In this document: piece after piece, positions 28,003 through 37,951 of the stretch | Layout: every line of letters begins with the position of its first letter | Position numbering within the stretch: the first letter of the stretch is position 1 | From: an uncultured Planctomycetales bacterium | GTDB taxonomy: Bacteria > Planctomycetota > Phycisphaerae > UBA1845 > JAFGLZ01 | Reading direction: 5' to 3' | Assembly (NCBI GenBank): GCA_964596165.1 | Contig: CAZQTW010000011.1 | Location: forward strand, 26,556-90,555 | Length of the DNA: 64,000 nt | Program-made: the position numbers and the translations under genes | Notes under the pieces: model-generated | Seen by the model: only the letters and a program-made list of their open reading frames with translations | What the model was told of the DNA's origin: nothing | Database searches by the model: none

Positions 28003-29190
28003 ATGTCGGCTGAGAAAGCGAAATCATTCGGAGCCGACGGGTTCGAAGGGTCATGGGGTCCGCGGGCACAGCTCGCCCGCGACACGATCGACATGAAGGC
28101 GAGCCGTGGCATCCCCGCCTGGCTTCTCCACGTCATGGACATCCCTTTCATCGAGGAAGTCACCGGCCGCGCCCCCGGCGACTTCGCCCGAAACCCCGAT
28201 GCCGCTTACCTGGCCTTCCAGGAACGCGCCGGCGTCTGCTACATCGACCAGTACATCCCCGACAACCCGTTGACCATGAGGGCCCACGGTTTCGACTCCG
28301 CCACCGAACGGAGCCCCACCACCGGCAAGACAGACATCGTTCTCGACGGTATCCGAATCGATTCGCCCGAGGCCGTCATCGAGCATCTGGAACGAGTCGT
28401 CTTCCCCCGACGCGCGCAGCGGATCCGTTCGTATAACCCCCTCGACGCAACGCGGATCAACGAGCTGATCGCTGCTGAGTGGAAAATCCAGGAGCAATTC
28501 GGCCCCCATATCCTCAAAGGACCCTACTGCGACGGCTTCCAGTCGTTCCCCATCTTCGGCAACTACACCTACGGCTACGAGAACTACTTCATGGCCTACG
28601 CCCTCTGGCCGGAAATCATGGAAAAGGACTTCGCCCAGCAGGCCGACCTGGCAACGCTCGAGAACGAGACCGCCGCCGCCGCGATCATTCGCGGCAACCT
28701 GCCCCGGCTGGTCCGCCTCGACTACGACATGGCCGACTCTCGCGGAACCCTGGTGGACATCCGGTCGCTGGACACGATCTGGTTTCCACACTTCGCCCGC
28801 TCCATCCGGCCGTTTCTCGACGCCGGCATACGGCTCATCTGGCACTGCGACGGCAACCTGATGCCCATGGTGCCTCGGCTGCTCGAAGTCGGAATCGGCG
28901 GCTTTCAGGGCTTCCAGTACGAGGACGGCATGGACTACGAACGGATCTGTCGGATGACCGATCGGAACGGCGCCCCATTGTTCATCATCGCCGGCGTGTC
29001 GGTGACGCGAACGCTGCCGTTCGGCACTCGGCAAGAGGTCATCGATGAGATGAAATGGCTTGTCGCCAAAGGCCCGCCCGTCGGCCTGATGCTCGGTGCC
29101 AGCAGCAGCATTCCCCCCGGTACGCCGCGCGAGAATATCGAGGCCGTCATCGAAGGCCTGGCCTACTATCGCGAGCATGGACGAACGTAA
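28003..29190 (+). CDS. Uroporphyrinogen decarboxylase (URO-D) family protein, methyltransferase-like
   Basis: The C-terminal half IWHCDGNLMPMVPRLLEVGIGGFQGFQ...LMLGASSSIPPGTPRENIEAVIE matches the URO-D/MtaA-type TIM-barrel pattern. Start uncertain. Confidence 0.7.
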   Translation: MSAEKAKSFGADGFEGSWGPRAQLARDTIDMKASRGIPAWLLHVMDIPFIEEVTGRAPGDFARNPDAAYLAFQERAGVCYIDQYIPDNPLTMRAHGFDSATERSPTTGKTDIVLDGIRIDSPEAVIEHLERVVFPRRAQRIRSYNPLDATRINELIAAEWKIQEQFGPHILKGPYCDGFQSFPIFGNYTYGYENYFMAYALWPEIMEKDFAQQADLATLENETAAAAIIRGNLPRLVRLDYDMADSRGTLVDIRSLDTIWFPHFARSIRPFLDAGIRLIWHCDGNLMPMVPRLLEVGIGGFQGFQYEDGMDYERICRMTDRNGAPLFIIAGVSVTRTLPFGTRQEVIDEMKWLVAKGPPVGLMLGASSSIPPGTPRENIEAVIEGLAYYREHGRT

Positions 29191-29233
29191 CGGGTCGTTG
29201 TGGTCATCCATGAAGCGATGGCGCCACGCCGCT

Positions 29234-29959
29234 TCATCGGACCGGCAAAGACGCCAACACATCGCACACGTGGTCGTAGATACGGTAGTCGGTGAAGTAG
29301 GCAAGGCCAAGACGAACAATGACCGGCCTGCGGGACGGAATGACGACGATCTTCTGTCCTTCGAACCCGGATGCGTTGAAGGTATCCTCCGGCAAAAGGA
29401 CCCCGCGCGCGGCCGCCCGGGCCCGTTCGCTCGACGATGGCCGCCACCAATGGGCACCGTACTGCCCGTCAGGAGCCGTGGGCGTCACCGTCCCGGCGTA
29501 TTTCACCCAGCCATCGGGCAAAATGCGTGTCCCATGCCATACACCGTCGTTCAGGTACAACAGGCCAAAACGCGCGTAGTCGCGGGCGGTTGCAAACATG
29601 AAGGAAGAGCAAACAAGGGTCCCCGACGCATCCGCCTCGATGACGGCACTTCGCATCCCAATCTTGCTGAAAAGCTCCCGGTAAGGCAGGGCATAGTAGG
29701 TATCGTCGCCGTAAACCTCTCGCAAGACCCGCGACAGGATGTTGCTCGTGCCGCTTGCATAAGCCCATACCGTGTCCACGGGATGCGCCAACGGCAGTTG
29801 CGCGGCATACGCGGCCGCATCCTCACTCAAAAACAACGAACGAACCAAATCGCTGGGGGGAACACGTCGTATTCCCTGAACGCCAGTCCGCTGCTCATCC
29901 GGAGTATCATGTCGATGGTGATCGCTGAGACAGGAACAAACCCGGCGGAGGCAAAACAT
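29234..29959 (-). pseudogene. Beta-lactamase-family serine hydrolase, 5'-truncated fragment
   Basis: Only the C-terminal two-thirds is present (PLAHPVDTVWAYASGTSNILSRVL...GFEGQKIVVIP). The SxxK-bearing N-terminal part is missing. The ORF abuts the fhs stop codon 50 nt away, leaving no room for it. Confidence 0.55.
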
Positions 29960-30009
29960 GCCACACCCCCCAGTCTGCCGATTCGATCCCGGATCACTTC
30001 ATAAGCGAT

Positions 30010-31767
30010 TCAGAAAAGCCCTACCACACGGCCGTCGTCGTCCAGATCCACGTTCAAAAACGCCGGACGGCTCGGCAGACCGGGCATCGTTCGCATCTGC
30101 CCGCACAACGGATACAAAAAGCCCGCCCCCACCGACGCACGAACCTCACGGACCGGAAGCCGGAATCCTTTCGGCACGCCCTTCAACTTGGGATCGTGGC
30201 TCAGCGACAAGTGCGTCTTGGCCATGCATATGGGCAGACTGCCGAAGCCGGCTTCGGTGTAGGTCTTGATCTGCTTCTCGGCTAACGGCTCATAGTCAAC
30301 GCCCGTGGCACCGTAAACTCTCGTCGCGATGATCTCGATCTTCTGCTTGATCGAGGCGTCGAGCGGATAGAGAAAGTCGAATCTGCTGGGCTTCTCGCAC
30401 GCCGTGACGACGGCCCTCGCAAGGTCCAACGCACCGGCGCCGCCGTCCGCCCAATGCGTCGACCGAACGGCGTCCTCGGCCCCGGCGTCCTTGGCGGCCC
30501 TGCGGACCAGCTCCAACTCGGCCTCGGTATCGGTCGCGAAGGCGTTGATGGCCACCACCACGGGAACCCCAAACAACTTGGCGATCCGGATGTGCGCCTG
30601 AAGGTTGGACAGCCCCTTGCCCAACAAATCGAGATTCTCGGTGGTGTAGGCCGAGTGCAGGGGCTTGCCCGGTATGACGGTGGGACCGCCACCGTGCATC
30701 TTCAACGCGCGAATCGTGGCCACCAGAACCACACAATGCGGTATCAGTCCGCTGTAACGACACTTGATGTTGAAAAACTTCTCCATGCCCATGTCGGATG
30801 CGAAGCCGCTTTCCGTAACAACGTAGCCGGCCAGCTTCAGGGCGATCTTGTCCGCCACGATCGAGCTGTTCCCGTGGGCAATGTTCGCAAAGGGTCCAGC
30901 GTGAACGAATACCGGCTGGCCCTCCAACGTCTGCATCAGATTGGGCTTGAGGGCTTCCTTCATCAGAACCGTCATCGCTCCGTCACACCCGATATCGGCC
31001 GCGGTGATCGGCCTGCCCGCCTTGCTGGTGCCGATGACGATCCGCGCCATTCGCTTACGGAGGTCCTTCAGGTCGGTGGCGAGTGCCAGGATGGCCATGA
31101 TCTCACTGGCCACCGCGATGTCGAAGCCCGTCTTCCGCCGCGGGCCATCCATCCAATTGTCGCTCTGGCCCGTCTCGACGAATCGCAATGCCGCGTCATT
31201 GACGTCCACCACCCGCCGCCAGGTAATGTGTTCGGGGTCAATGTCGAGCCGCGGCAAACCCAGCTTGGACCATTCCTGCTCACTGGTGTGGGCCTCATGC
31301 TTGATGCGGGCGTCGATGGCGGCCGCCAGGAGGTTGTTGGCAATGCTGACGGCGTGCAGGTCACCCGTCAGATGCAGATTGAACTCCTCCATCGGAATCA
31401 CCTGGCTGTAACCGCCGCCGGCCGCTCCGCCCTTGATACCGAATGTCGGACCCATCGACGGCTGGCGAATGGTCAATATCGCCTTCTTGCCGATCTTGCC
31501 CAGACCTTGCGTCAGTCCGCAACTGGTGGTGGACTTGCCCTCGCCGAGTGGGGTCGGTGTGATCGCCGTGACGTCGATGTACTTGCCCGGAGGCTTGTCG
31601 CGAAGTCGGTCAATGATCTCAAGCGAGACCTTGGCCTTGTATCGCCCGTAGGGCTCAAGCTCCTCGCTCAAAATGCCGGCCTTGTCGGCCACCTCCCGAA
31701 TGTCCAGGGGAACAGCCGCCTGCGAAATCTCGATATCCGAAGGAACCCTCTTGGAAGTCGTGCTCAC
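30010..31767 (-). CDS. fhs: Formate--tetrahydrofolate ligase
   Basis: [11 protein letters not shown]...YGRYKAKV...[12 protein letters not shown]...[24 protein letters not shown]. Full-length match to the Fhs pattern. GTG start preceded by GGAGAG. Confidence 0.95.
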   Translation of the reverse strand: MSTTSKRVPSDIEISQAAVPLDIREVADKAGILSEELEPYGRYKAKVSLEIIDRLRDKPPGKYIDVTAITPTPLGEGKSTTSCGLTQGLGKIGKKAILTIRQPSMGPTFGIKGGAAGGGYSQVIPMEEFNLHLTGDLHAVSIANNLLAAAIDARIKHEAHTSEQEWSKLGLPRLDIDPEHITWRRVVDVNDAALRFVETGQSDNWMDGPRRKTGFDIAVASEIMAILALATDLKDLRKRMARIVIGTSKAGRPITAADIGCDGAMTVLMKEALKPNLMQTLEGQPVFVHAGPFANIAHGNSSIVADKIALKLAGYVVTESGFASDMGMEKFFNIKCRYSGLIPHCVVLVATIRALKMHGGGPTVIPGKPLHSAYTTENLDLLGKGLSNLQAHIRIAKLFGVPVVVAINAFATDTEAELELVRRAAKDAGAEDAVRSTHWADGGAGALDLARAVVTACEKPSRFDFLYPLDASIKQKIEIIATRVYGATGVDYEPLAEKQIKTYTEAGFGSLPICMAKTHLSLSHDPKLKGVPKGFRLPVREVRASVGAGFLYPLCGQMRTMPGLPSRPAFLNVDLDDDGRVVGLF

Positions 31768-31951
31768 CCAGTGCTCTCCGTTCTCATATACACGTGCCCG
31801 TCCGTTGGCGATCCGGCCACCCAGCCTATTCCGCCCCGTCGGCAGGCCCGCCGCTTACGTCACGGATCATCGAACGACGACCTGCCCCTCTGACCGACGC
31901 CTTTCCAGGCCCGAACGATCATTATGTCGGCGGAGAAAGTCCTTGGGCAAG

Positions 31952-32000
31952 AATGCCGACGCCATCAAGGATGCCTCCCCCTCTTGATTCCAACGGCATT
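31952..32000 (-). terminator. Interrupted stem-loop downstream of the protease gene (possible terminator, no U-tract)
   Basis: AATGCCG/CGGCATT outer stem and ATCAAG/CTTGAT inner stem, separated by a 5x5 internal loop. It lies 46 nt past the stop at 32046. Confidence 0.25.
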
Positions 32001-32045
32001 TCCCACCGGGATCAAGCGCGGCAGCGTGAACTGGAAATAGAGCGA

Positions 32046-33239
32046 TTACCTCGCGGACCGTCGCGGCACCGGCGCCCTCTGATCCGGCGTGCGAACGTGC
32101 CTGACCCACCCCGATAACGCCGACATTCCCAGAACCAACGGCAGCACGAATGCCAACCCGGCGCCGCAGCTGAACGCCGCCTCCACCTGCCTGTCGGTAT
32201 CCATGCGAATCGTGATCACCGTGTTGGCATCAATCGTGGCGAAATTGAGATCGTCGGGATGGTTGGGGTCGTAGAGCGTCCATTGACCGAACGACCGACC
32301 GTCGTTGGGAATCGCCGTAAGCGTTACCCACACGCCGGAAGGGTATTGAGGCACATTGGAATCGGCGGGTTCGGGACTCAGGTTCACGTGCCCGAACAGC
32401 GCGTTGGTGACGGTCACCGTCAGTGTTCTTAGTGGCGGTATCCGGCTCTGGATCCAAGATACGTACTCACTGACGCGCACGTCATACCCTACGTCCGTGT
32501 AGTCGGGCGCCAGTCCGTTGTTATTGTAGTCCCACAGCGCGCTGTGAATACCCGCAACGCACAGCGTTCCGCCGATGCTGAGAAATGTGGGCCCGCCGGA
32601 ATCCCCCGGAGCGAACATGACCTCCTTGGAAGCACCCAGCGTCCCCGGACCGTAGGGGCCGGGCAACCCCGGACCGTCGAAGTCCATCACCAGGTATGGA
32701 ACACCGTTCGGATCCGACGCCACCAGGTCAATGCGGTTGGACCCGGACCGCTTGGTCCCTCGGGGGTAATTCGGATCCGGACCGGTCAGACCGGTGCCGC
32801 TCATGCCATAACCGACCAGAATGCCTGTCTTCGTCGCTTCGCTGCTGCCCGTATAGAGAGCGTAGCCCGTATGCTTGGCGCTGCTCTGCAACCGCGCTAC
32901 CGCAATGTCTGCGGACGGATGCAGAAATCTCTCGGCCACGGAGTAGACGATCCGACCCTCGGCCAGATCCAGCGCGAACGTATGGTCGCTCACCGCGCCC
33001 GGACTGATGGCATGCTTGGCGGTCAGAATGTGCCACGGGTCGATCAGAACGGCCGTGGAGCCTCCCGGAAGACCCTGGTAGATAAGGTTGCCCACGCCGT
33101 CATAGTCCGACGGGGGTGTGATCACATGATTGTCGGGAGCGTCACTGACGACAATCGCTCGGGACGAGCCGACAAGACAGAAGCCCACGATGCAGGCGGC
33201 CGACACGCGTGGGAGATGCCCCGATGCAGCGCCTTTCAT
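32046..33239 (-). CDS. Secreted trypsin-like (S1) serine protease with a C-terminal CG-TM-basic tail
   Basis: ILTAKHAI (catalytic His) and GDSGGPTF (catalytic Ser). Signal peptide after GGAGGG. The tail SCGAGLAFVLPLVLGMSALSGWVRHVR resembles the tails of 40347-40811 and 41312-42091. Confidence 0.85.
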   Translation of the reverse strand: MKGAASGHLPRVSAACIVGFCLVGSSRAIVVSDAPDNHVITPPSDYDGVGNLIYQGLPGGSTAVLIDPWHILTAKHAISPGAVSDHTFALDLAEGRIVYSVAERFLHPSADIAVARLQSSAKHTGYALYTGSSEATKTGILVGYGMSGTGLTGPDPNYPRGTKRSGSNRIDLVASDPNGVPYLVMDFDGPGLPGPYGPGTLGASKEVMFAPGDSGGPTFLSIGGTLCVAGIHSALWDYNNNGLAPDYTDVGYDVRVSEYVSWIQSRIPPLRTLTVTVTNALFGHVNLSPEPADSNVPQYPSGVWVTLTAIPNDGRSFGQWTLYDPNHPDDLNFATIDANTVITIRMDTDRQVEAAFSCGAGLAFVLPLVLGMSALSGWVRHVRTPDQRAPVPRRSAR

Positions 33240-33504
33240 CTTCTCGCCCTCCCTCGTATGGCCGCACGAAATGGAGACGCCGGCCTCCGGCATGAGGGGA
33301 TCCGTGCCGAACCCGTCTACTCGAGCGACGAACGCGCTTCGTGCACCCAGACACACACACCGCATCGAGCGCGTCCCGCCTCCCGACAGAGGCTCGCCAC
33401 ACCATCAATCCTACCCCCCTCGCATGGGGCGTTCAACAGTCGGACGACGAGCATCAGGCCGACAGGATACGTTCCACCGGACCACGGCCCGGTCCCAACA
33501 AAAC

Positions 33505-34812
33505 CTAGACCGGCAGTACCCACGGAGCCCGGTACTGCTTGGTAACCAGTGCGTTTGCCTGCGGATCGTCCACGAACTGCTCGGTCTTGTGGTCCCAACG
33601 AACGCGGCGACCCACCCTTGCCGCGATGTTCATCAGGTGGCCCGGATTCGAGGCGTAGTGACCCACCTCGACGTCCGCCTCGGGCCGTTTCCGCGACTTG
33701 ATACACTCAATGAACACCTCGTGGTGATTCTCTTTCGAGCCGCCGACTTTCTTCTCCTCCATAACCGGCTTCTTGTCCCTCGTCTCGGAGTAGATATGGT
33801 AGCCGCCTCGATCCAGAACCAGGGTTCCGTTCGTTCCATAGAAGACCTTGCCGTGCGTGCGGCCGTCGATGGGCCGGGCATTGCCCGCGCGGAACATGTA
33901 CGTCATCAGGAACCCCCGCTTCGCCACCGGTCCGGCCGGATACTCACACGAGCCGCTGAACGTGTCGGGCCACTGACGAGACTCGTCCGGAAAGGCCCAG
34001 TGTCCGCCGGCGGCCGTGGCGGCTATCGGCGCCTCCACACCCATCGCCCAATGAACAATGTCGTAATGGTGAACCGCCCAATCAAGCTGCCACCCGCCGC
34101 CGTAATCGAAGTACCAGTAATGATGCGCATACCGATTCGGGTTGTACGCGACCTTCGGTGACGGACCGACCCAGAAGTCCCAATCCAATTCCGCGGGAGG
34201 ATCACAATCGGCCGGGTTGCCGATGCCCGGATACTGATTCTCCAAATCGTACACGTGAACGTGGGAGATGTCTCCCAGCTTCCCCGACCGGATAATCTCG
34301 ACGGCCTCGCGGTAATGCTGCCAACTGTGTTGTTGCGTGCCGATCTGAACGATTCGATCGTACCGGCGGGCCGCCTTGACCGCCGCGCGGCCCTCGCCGA
34401 TCGACGTCCCAAGGGGCTTCTCGACATAAACGTCCTTGCCCGCCGCGCACGCATCGATGGTCGGCAGGACATGCCAATGACCGTTGGTGGCCACGATGAC
34501 CGCATCGATGGACTTGTCCTCGAGCAACCGGCGGTAGTCGCCGTAGGTCTTGGCCTTCTCGCCGGCTACTTTCTTCCCCTCCGCCAGCCGTCCCTTGTGC
34601 ACATCGCAAACGCCCTCGACGCGAATCCCGGGTAACTTGATGAATCGTCCCAGGACATACCTCCCCTGTCCGCCGCAACCGATCAGGCCGAAGCCGATGC
34701 TCTCGTTTGCCGTCGTCTTGGCGGCCGCCGCCTTCGCCAGCGCGTGCGAACCGGCAAAGGCCGCCGGCACCGTGGCACCCAAAAACACCCTGCGGGTGGT
34801 CGTGTTGTCCAT
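33505..34812 (-). CDS. Gfo/Idh/MocA family oxidoreductase with a Tat signal
   Basis: MDNTTTRRVFLGATVPAAFAGS, then IGFGLIGCGGQGRY Rossmann motif and EKPLG. Start chosen at the ATG preceded by GAGGAGG. The ORF-track extension to 35481 is rejected. Confidence 0.9.
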   Translation of the reverse strand: MDNTTTRRVFLGATVPAAFAGSHALAKAAAAKTTANESIGFGLIGCGGQGRYVLGRFIKLPGIRVEGVCDVHKGRLAEGKKVAGEKAKTYGDYRRLLEDKSIDAVIVATNGHWHVLPTIDACAAGKDVYVEKPLGTSIGEGRAAVKAARRYDRIVQIGTQQHSWQHYREAVEIIRSGKLGDISHVHVYDLENQYPGIGNPADCDPPAELDWDFWVGPSPKVAYNPNRYAHHYWYFDYGGGWQLDWAVHHYDIVHWAMGVEAPIAATAAGGHWAFPDESRQWPDTFSGSCEYPAGPVAKRGFLMTYMFRAGNARPIDGRTHGKVFYGTNGTLVLDRGGYHIYSETRDKKPVMEEKKVGGSKENHHEVFIECIKSRKRPEADVEVGHYASNPGHLMNIAARVGRRVRWDHKTEQFVDDPQANALVTKQYRAPWVLPV

Positions 34813-34974
34813 TGCGGATCCTCCTCGCAAGAAATGCGGACCAAACCCTACGAAAACGAAGAAACAACGATCCAACATGGTGGACGATGATGATCGTCCG
34901 CGCTCGCATTGTAGCAGGGCCGTGGTCGCCCGGCACGCAAAGGGGGAAAGGAAACCGGAACACGGGCGCGCGAC

Positions 34975-35125
34975 AACCCCGGCGTTGCGAATGCCGGGCT
35001 GTTCCGGCAGGCAGAGGCAATTCAGCGGCGAACGAGGACCCTGTACCGCATCGAACCGGCCGGCAGAAGGACGGAGTGGAATGGCGCCCTCCTCGGCATC
35101 GACGATGCCGTTGAGAAACCGGCGG
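34975..35125 (+). pseudogene. Ghost fragment homologous to the linker region of the NifX-like/zinc-ribbon gene (8545-8700), inverted
   Basis: The plus strand reads LRMPGCSGRQRQFSGERGPCTASNRPAEGRSGMAPSSASTMPLRN, against LQMPGCCGGQRQFRGERGPYAATNRPGEGWGGTASSPGSTMPLGN in gene 8340-8999. No flanking NifX or ribbon domains are present. Confidence 0.4.
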
Positions 35126-35386
35126 TCAACAACCGGCTTTCGGACCGGTTCAAAGTTCTCAACTAACTGACGAAAGACGGCTTGAAACTCGCGGATGGGA
35201 CGGTGAAATAGGTGATAGACGGACCGGCGCATTTGGCGTAGGGAGCCGAGGTTCCAGAGACACGACAAGGCTCGGGAAGGCGGACTTTCGGTCACCCCCG
35301 TGTCGTGAGGCATGCGTCCGCATTGCAGGTATCGCGCCGGACGCGTTTCGTGCCCGGCCGCAAACACACCTCGAAGGAAGCAACAC

Positions 35387-37414
35387 ATGAAACTCACCAA
35401 TATTCTCTTGTTCTTGGTGGCTGCCCTGTGTTCGATAACCGGAGGCGTCGCGGTCCTCGCCGCGGAAAGCGCGAAGGTCAAGGATGCGGAATCGGCCGCT
35501 CATGGCGGCGACGCGGCCGCGTACCAGATTGTCGACACCTACACGTACGCCGGCTTCAGCGTGGTACAGTTCAATCTCCCCGTCCTGTCACACTACTCCT
35601 ACATCCTGATGAGCGACAAAGAGGCCCTCGTCGTCGATCCCGGTCGCGACATTGCGGCCTATATGGAACTAATCCGCAAGGAGGGGCTGACGGTCAAGGG
35701 GGTATTTCTCACGCACAGTCACGCCGACTTCGTCGCGGGCCATATGGAATTCGCCAAGGCAACGGGCAGCCCGATCTACAAGAGCCCCGTGGGCTCGCCG
35801 GGCTTCACGTACAAACCGACCAAGGAAGGCTCGGTGCTCAAGGTGGGAAAGGCCACCGTCACATTCGTTGAAGCACCCGGACATACGCCCGACATGGTGT
35901 GCGGATATGTCTCGGGCTCGGCCGAACCGGGGAAGCCGGAGGTGATCTTCACCGGCGATGCGCTCTTCGTCGGAAGCATCGGACGCCCCGACCTGCTGGA
36001 GGGCACGGTGACGGCCGCGTCGCTGGCGTCGATGGCGTTCGACACCTGGCAGAACAAGCTGGCCAAGGCCGGCGACAACGCTATCATCTTTCCGGCCCAC
36101 GGAGCCGGATCCTTGTGCGGGGCCCGTCTGAGCGACAAGCCGTTCTCCACCATCGGAGCGGAGAAGGCCGCGAACCCCTACGTTCAACACAAGACGCGAT
36201 CCGAGTTCATCGCCGCGGTCCTCGAGGGCCTCCCCGAAGCGCCGCAGTACTTCAAACACAACGCCGCGATAAATCGAAAGGGGCCGGATCCGGTCGACTG
36301 GAACGCGCCCCTCCCGGACGAGGTTCCCGCCACCCAGGCCTTGACCGACAGCACCAAGCATTACGTCGTGGACGTCCGCCGAAGCACCGAGTACGCCGCC
36401 GGACATATCCCCAATTCGGTCAACATCGGCCTTCGCGGCCGATTCGAAACCTGGGTGGGAACCCTGGTCCCCTGGGAGGCCAACCTGGTCCTGTGCGGCG
36501 GAACGCCGGAACTCCTCGAGTCCGTCCGACGACTTCACCGCGTGGGTTACCGCGCGGGCGTCATCACGCCGGAGAGCTGGAAGAAGGCGGGGCTGCCCTG
36601 GGCGACCAACGCCCTGGTGAAGCCTGCGGACCTTTTCGAAAAGACTCGGAACGGTACGGCGCCGCTGGTGATCGACGTCCGTTTGCCCAACGAATGGATG
36701 GGCCTCCGCATCGGAACGGTCGTGAACCTGCCGTTGACGCACTTGAGCGAACTGTCGGCTAAGCTGGACCCGGCCCAGCCCGTCGTCACCGTGTGCAATT
36801 CCGCGTATCGGTCCAGCATGGCCGTCGGACTTCTCGAACGCAAAGGGTTCAGGCAAATAGCCTCGCTCGCCGGCGGAAGCAAGGCGTGGATCGAGGCGGG
36901 CCTGCCCGTTCACGGCGCCGAGACCGGGCAGAACCACGACGCCGGCGGTGCGAAGCAAGCAATCCGGCTGGCCGACCGTATTTCCCCGGACGACCTAAAA
37001 CGACTGATGATGGACCTGCCGGGTACGTTCGATCTGGTGGACATACGGCCGGCGCCGCACTTCTTGGACTACAACCTGCCCGGCTCGAAAAACGTGGACA
37101 TCGGCGATCTACTGAACAATCCCGCCTACCTTGCGGGCGACGCGCCGTTGATCGTGGTCGATCGCGACGGCTCACTGGCCATGCAGGTCGCGGGAATCCT
37201 GTCTCAGAAAACGCAGCGACCAATCCGGGCGCTCCATGGCGGGTTGGAAGCCTTCTGGGAACAGACAGAGCGGAGGCGGGCGGTGAAGGAAGTCCCCCTT
37301 CCCCCTCCGGCAAGACCGGGGACGGCCGGCCCGGCGCCACACGCCCCTGCCGCGCCTCCGCCGACGACCCCTCAGGCCCCCGGTGTTTCCAAGAAGAAGA
37401 GTGCGGGGTGCTAG
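35387..37414 (+). CDS. Secreted MBL-fold hydrolase (persulfide dioxygenase-like) fused to three rhodanese domains
   Basis: Signal peptide. LTHSHADFVAGH metallo-beta-lactamase motif. Three rhodanese units, the middle one with active-site VCNSAYRSS and the third with Asp in place of Cys. Confidence 0.85.
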   Translation: MKLTNILLFLVAALCSITGGVAVLAAESAKVKDAESAAHGGDAAAYQIVDTYTYAGFSVVQFNLPVLSHYSYILMSDKEALVVDPGRDIAAYMELIRKEGLTVKGVFLTHSHADFVAGHMEFAKATGSPIYKSPVGSPGFTYKPTKEGSVLKVGKATVTFVEAPGHTPDMVCGYVSGSAEPGKPEVIFTGDALFVGSIGRPDLLEGTVTAASLASMAFDTWQNKLAKAGDNAIIFPAHGAGSLCGARLSDKPFSTIGAEKAANPYVQHKTRSEFIAAVLEGLPEAPQYFKHNAAINRKGPDPVDWNAPLPDEVPATQALTDSTKHYVVDVRRSTEYAAGHIPNSVNIGLRGRFETWVGTLVPWEANLVLCGGTPELLESVRRLHRVGYRAGVITPESWKKAGLPWATNALVKPADLFEKTRNGTAPLVIDVRLPNEWMGLRIGTVVNLPLTHLSELSAKLDPAQPVVTVCNSAYRSSMAVGLLERKGFRQIASLAGGSKAWIEAGLPVHGAETGQNHDAGGAKQAIRLADRISPDDLKRLMMDLPGTFDLVDIRPAPHFLDYNLPGSKNVDIGDLLNNPAYLAGDAPLIVVDRDGSLAMQVAGILSQKTQRPIRALHGGLEAFWEQTERRRAVKEVPLPPPARPGTAGPAPHAPAAPPPTTPQAPGVSKKKSAGC

Positions 37415-37417
37415 ATC

Positions 37418-37951
37418 ATGAACACAACGCCATCGCAATCGTCATCGTCGCCGCGAGACTACATGAATCCGTACCTGGCGGGCGTCCTCCTGGGCCTGAC
37501 GCTGCTGACGTCATTCCTCTTGCTCGGCGCCGGGCTGGGGGCATCCGCCGGCATCGCGCGGGCAGGCGCCTATGTCGAAGGATGCTTTCTAAGCGCCCAC
37601 ACGCTGACCAGCGAGTACTTCGGGGCGTGGGGCGCCAACCCACTCCGCTACTACCTGGTCTTCATGCTGGGCGGCACGTTCCTCGGCGGGCTCTTCTCCG
37701 CGTTGCTCGGAAATCGGATCCGGCTCGGGTTGGAGCGGGGTCGTTCGGCGCCGAGCCGGCTTCGGGCCGTTTTCGCATTGGTCGGGGGAGTTGTCGTGGG
37801 ATTCGCCGGCCGTCTGGCCCAGGGCTGCACGTCGGGACAGGCCCTCAGCGGCGGCGCCATGCTTCTAACGGGCAGCCTGATCTTCATGATGTGTGTCTTC
37901 GGCGGAGGCTATGCCGCGGCCTACTTCTTCCGGAGGCAGTGGCATGATTAG
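37418..37951 (+). CDS. YeeE/YedE family sulfur-compound transporter subunit
   Basis: Multi-TM protein with GRLAQGCTSGQALSGG, the family's conserved Cys loop. Confidence 0.85.
   Translation: MNTTPSQSSSSPRDYMNPYLAGVLLGLTLLTSFLLLGAGLGASAGIARAGAYVEGCFLSAHTLTSEYFGAWGANPLRYYLVFMLGGTFLGGLFSALLGNRIRLGLERGRSAPSRLRAVFALVGGVVVGFAGRLAQGCTSGQALSGGAMLLTGSLIFMMCVFGGGYAAAYFFRRQWHD

Noticed and set aside
31768-31900. THF riboswitch in the fhs leader.
   Set aside because: The leader lacks the GAGUAG...CGCGU...GGGAUG...GCAUCCGCUC-type elements I remember from THF riboswitches. Only an ordinary GGAGAG RBS is evident.
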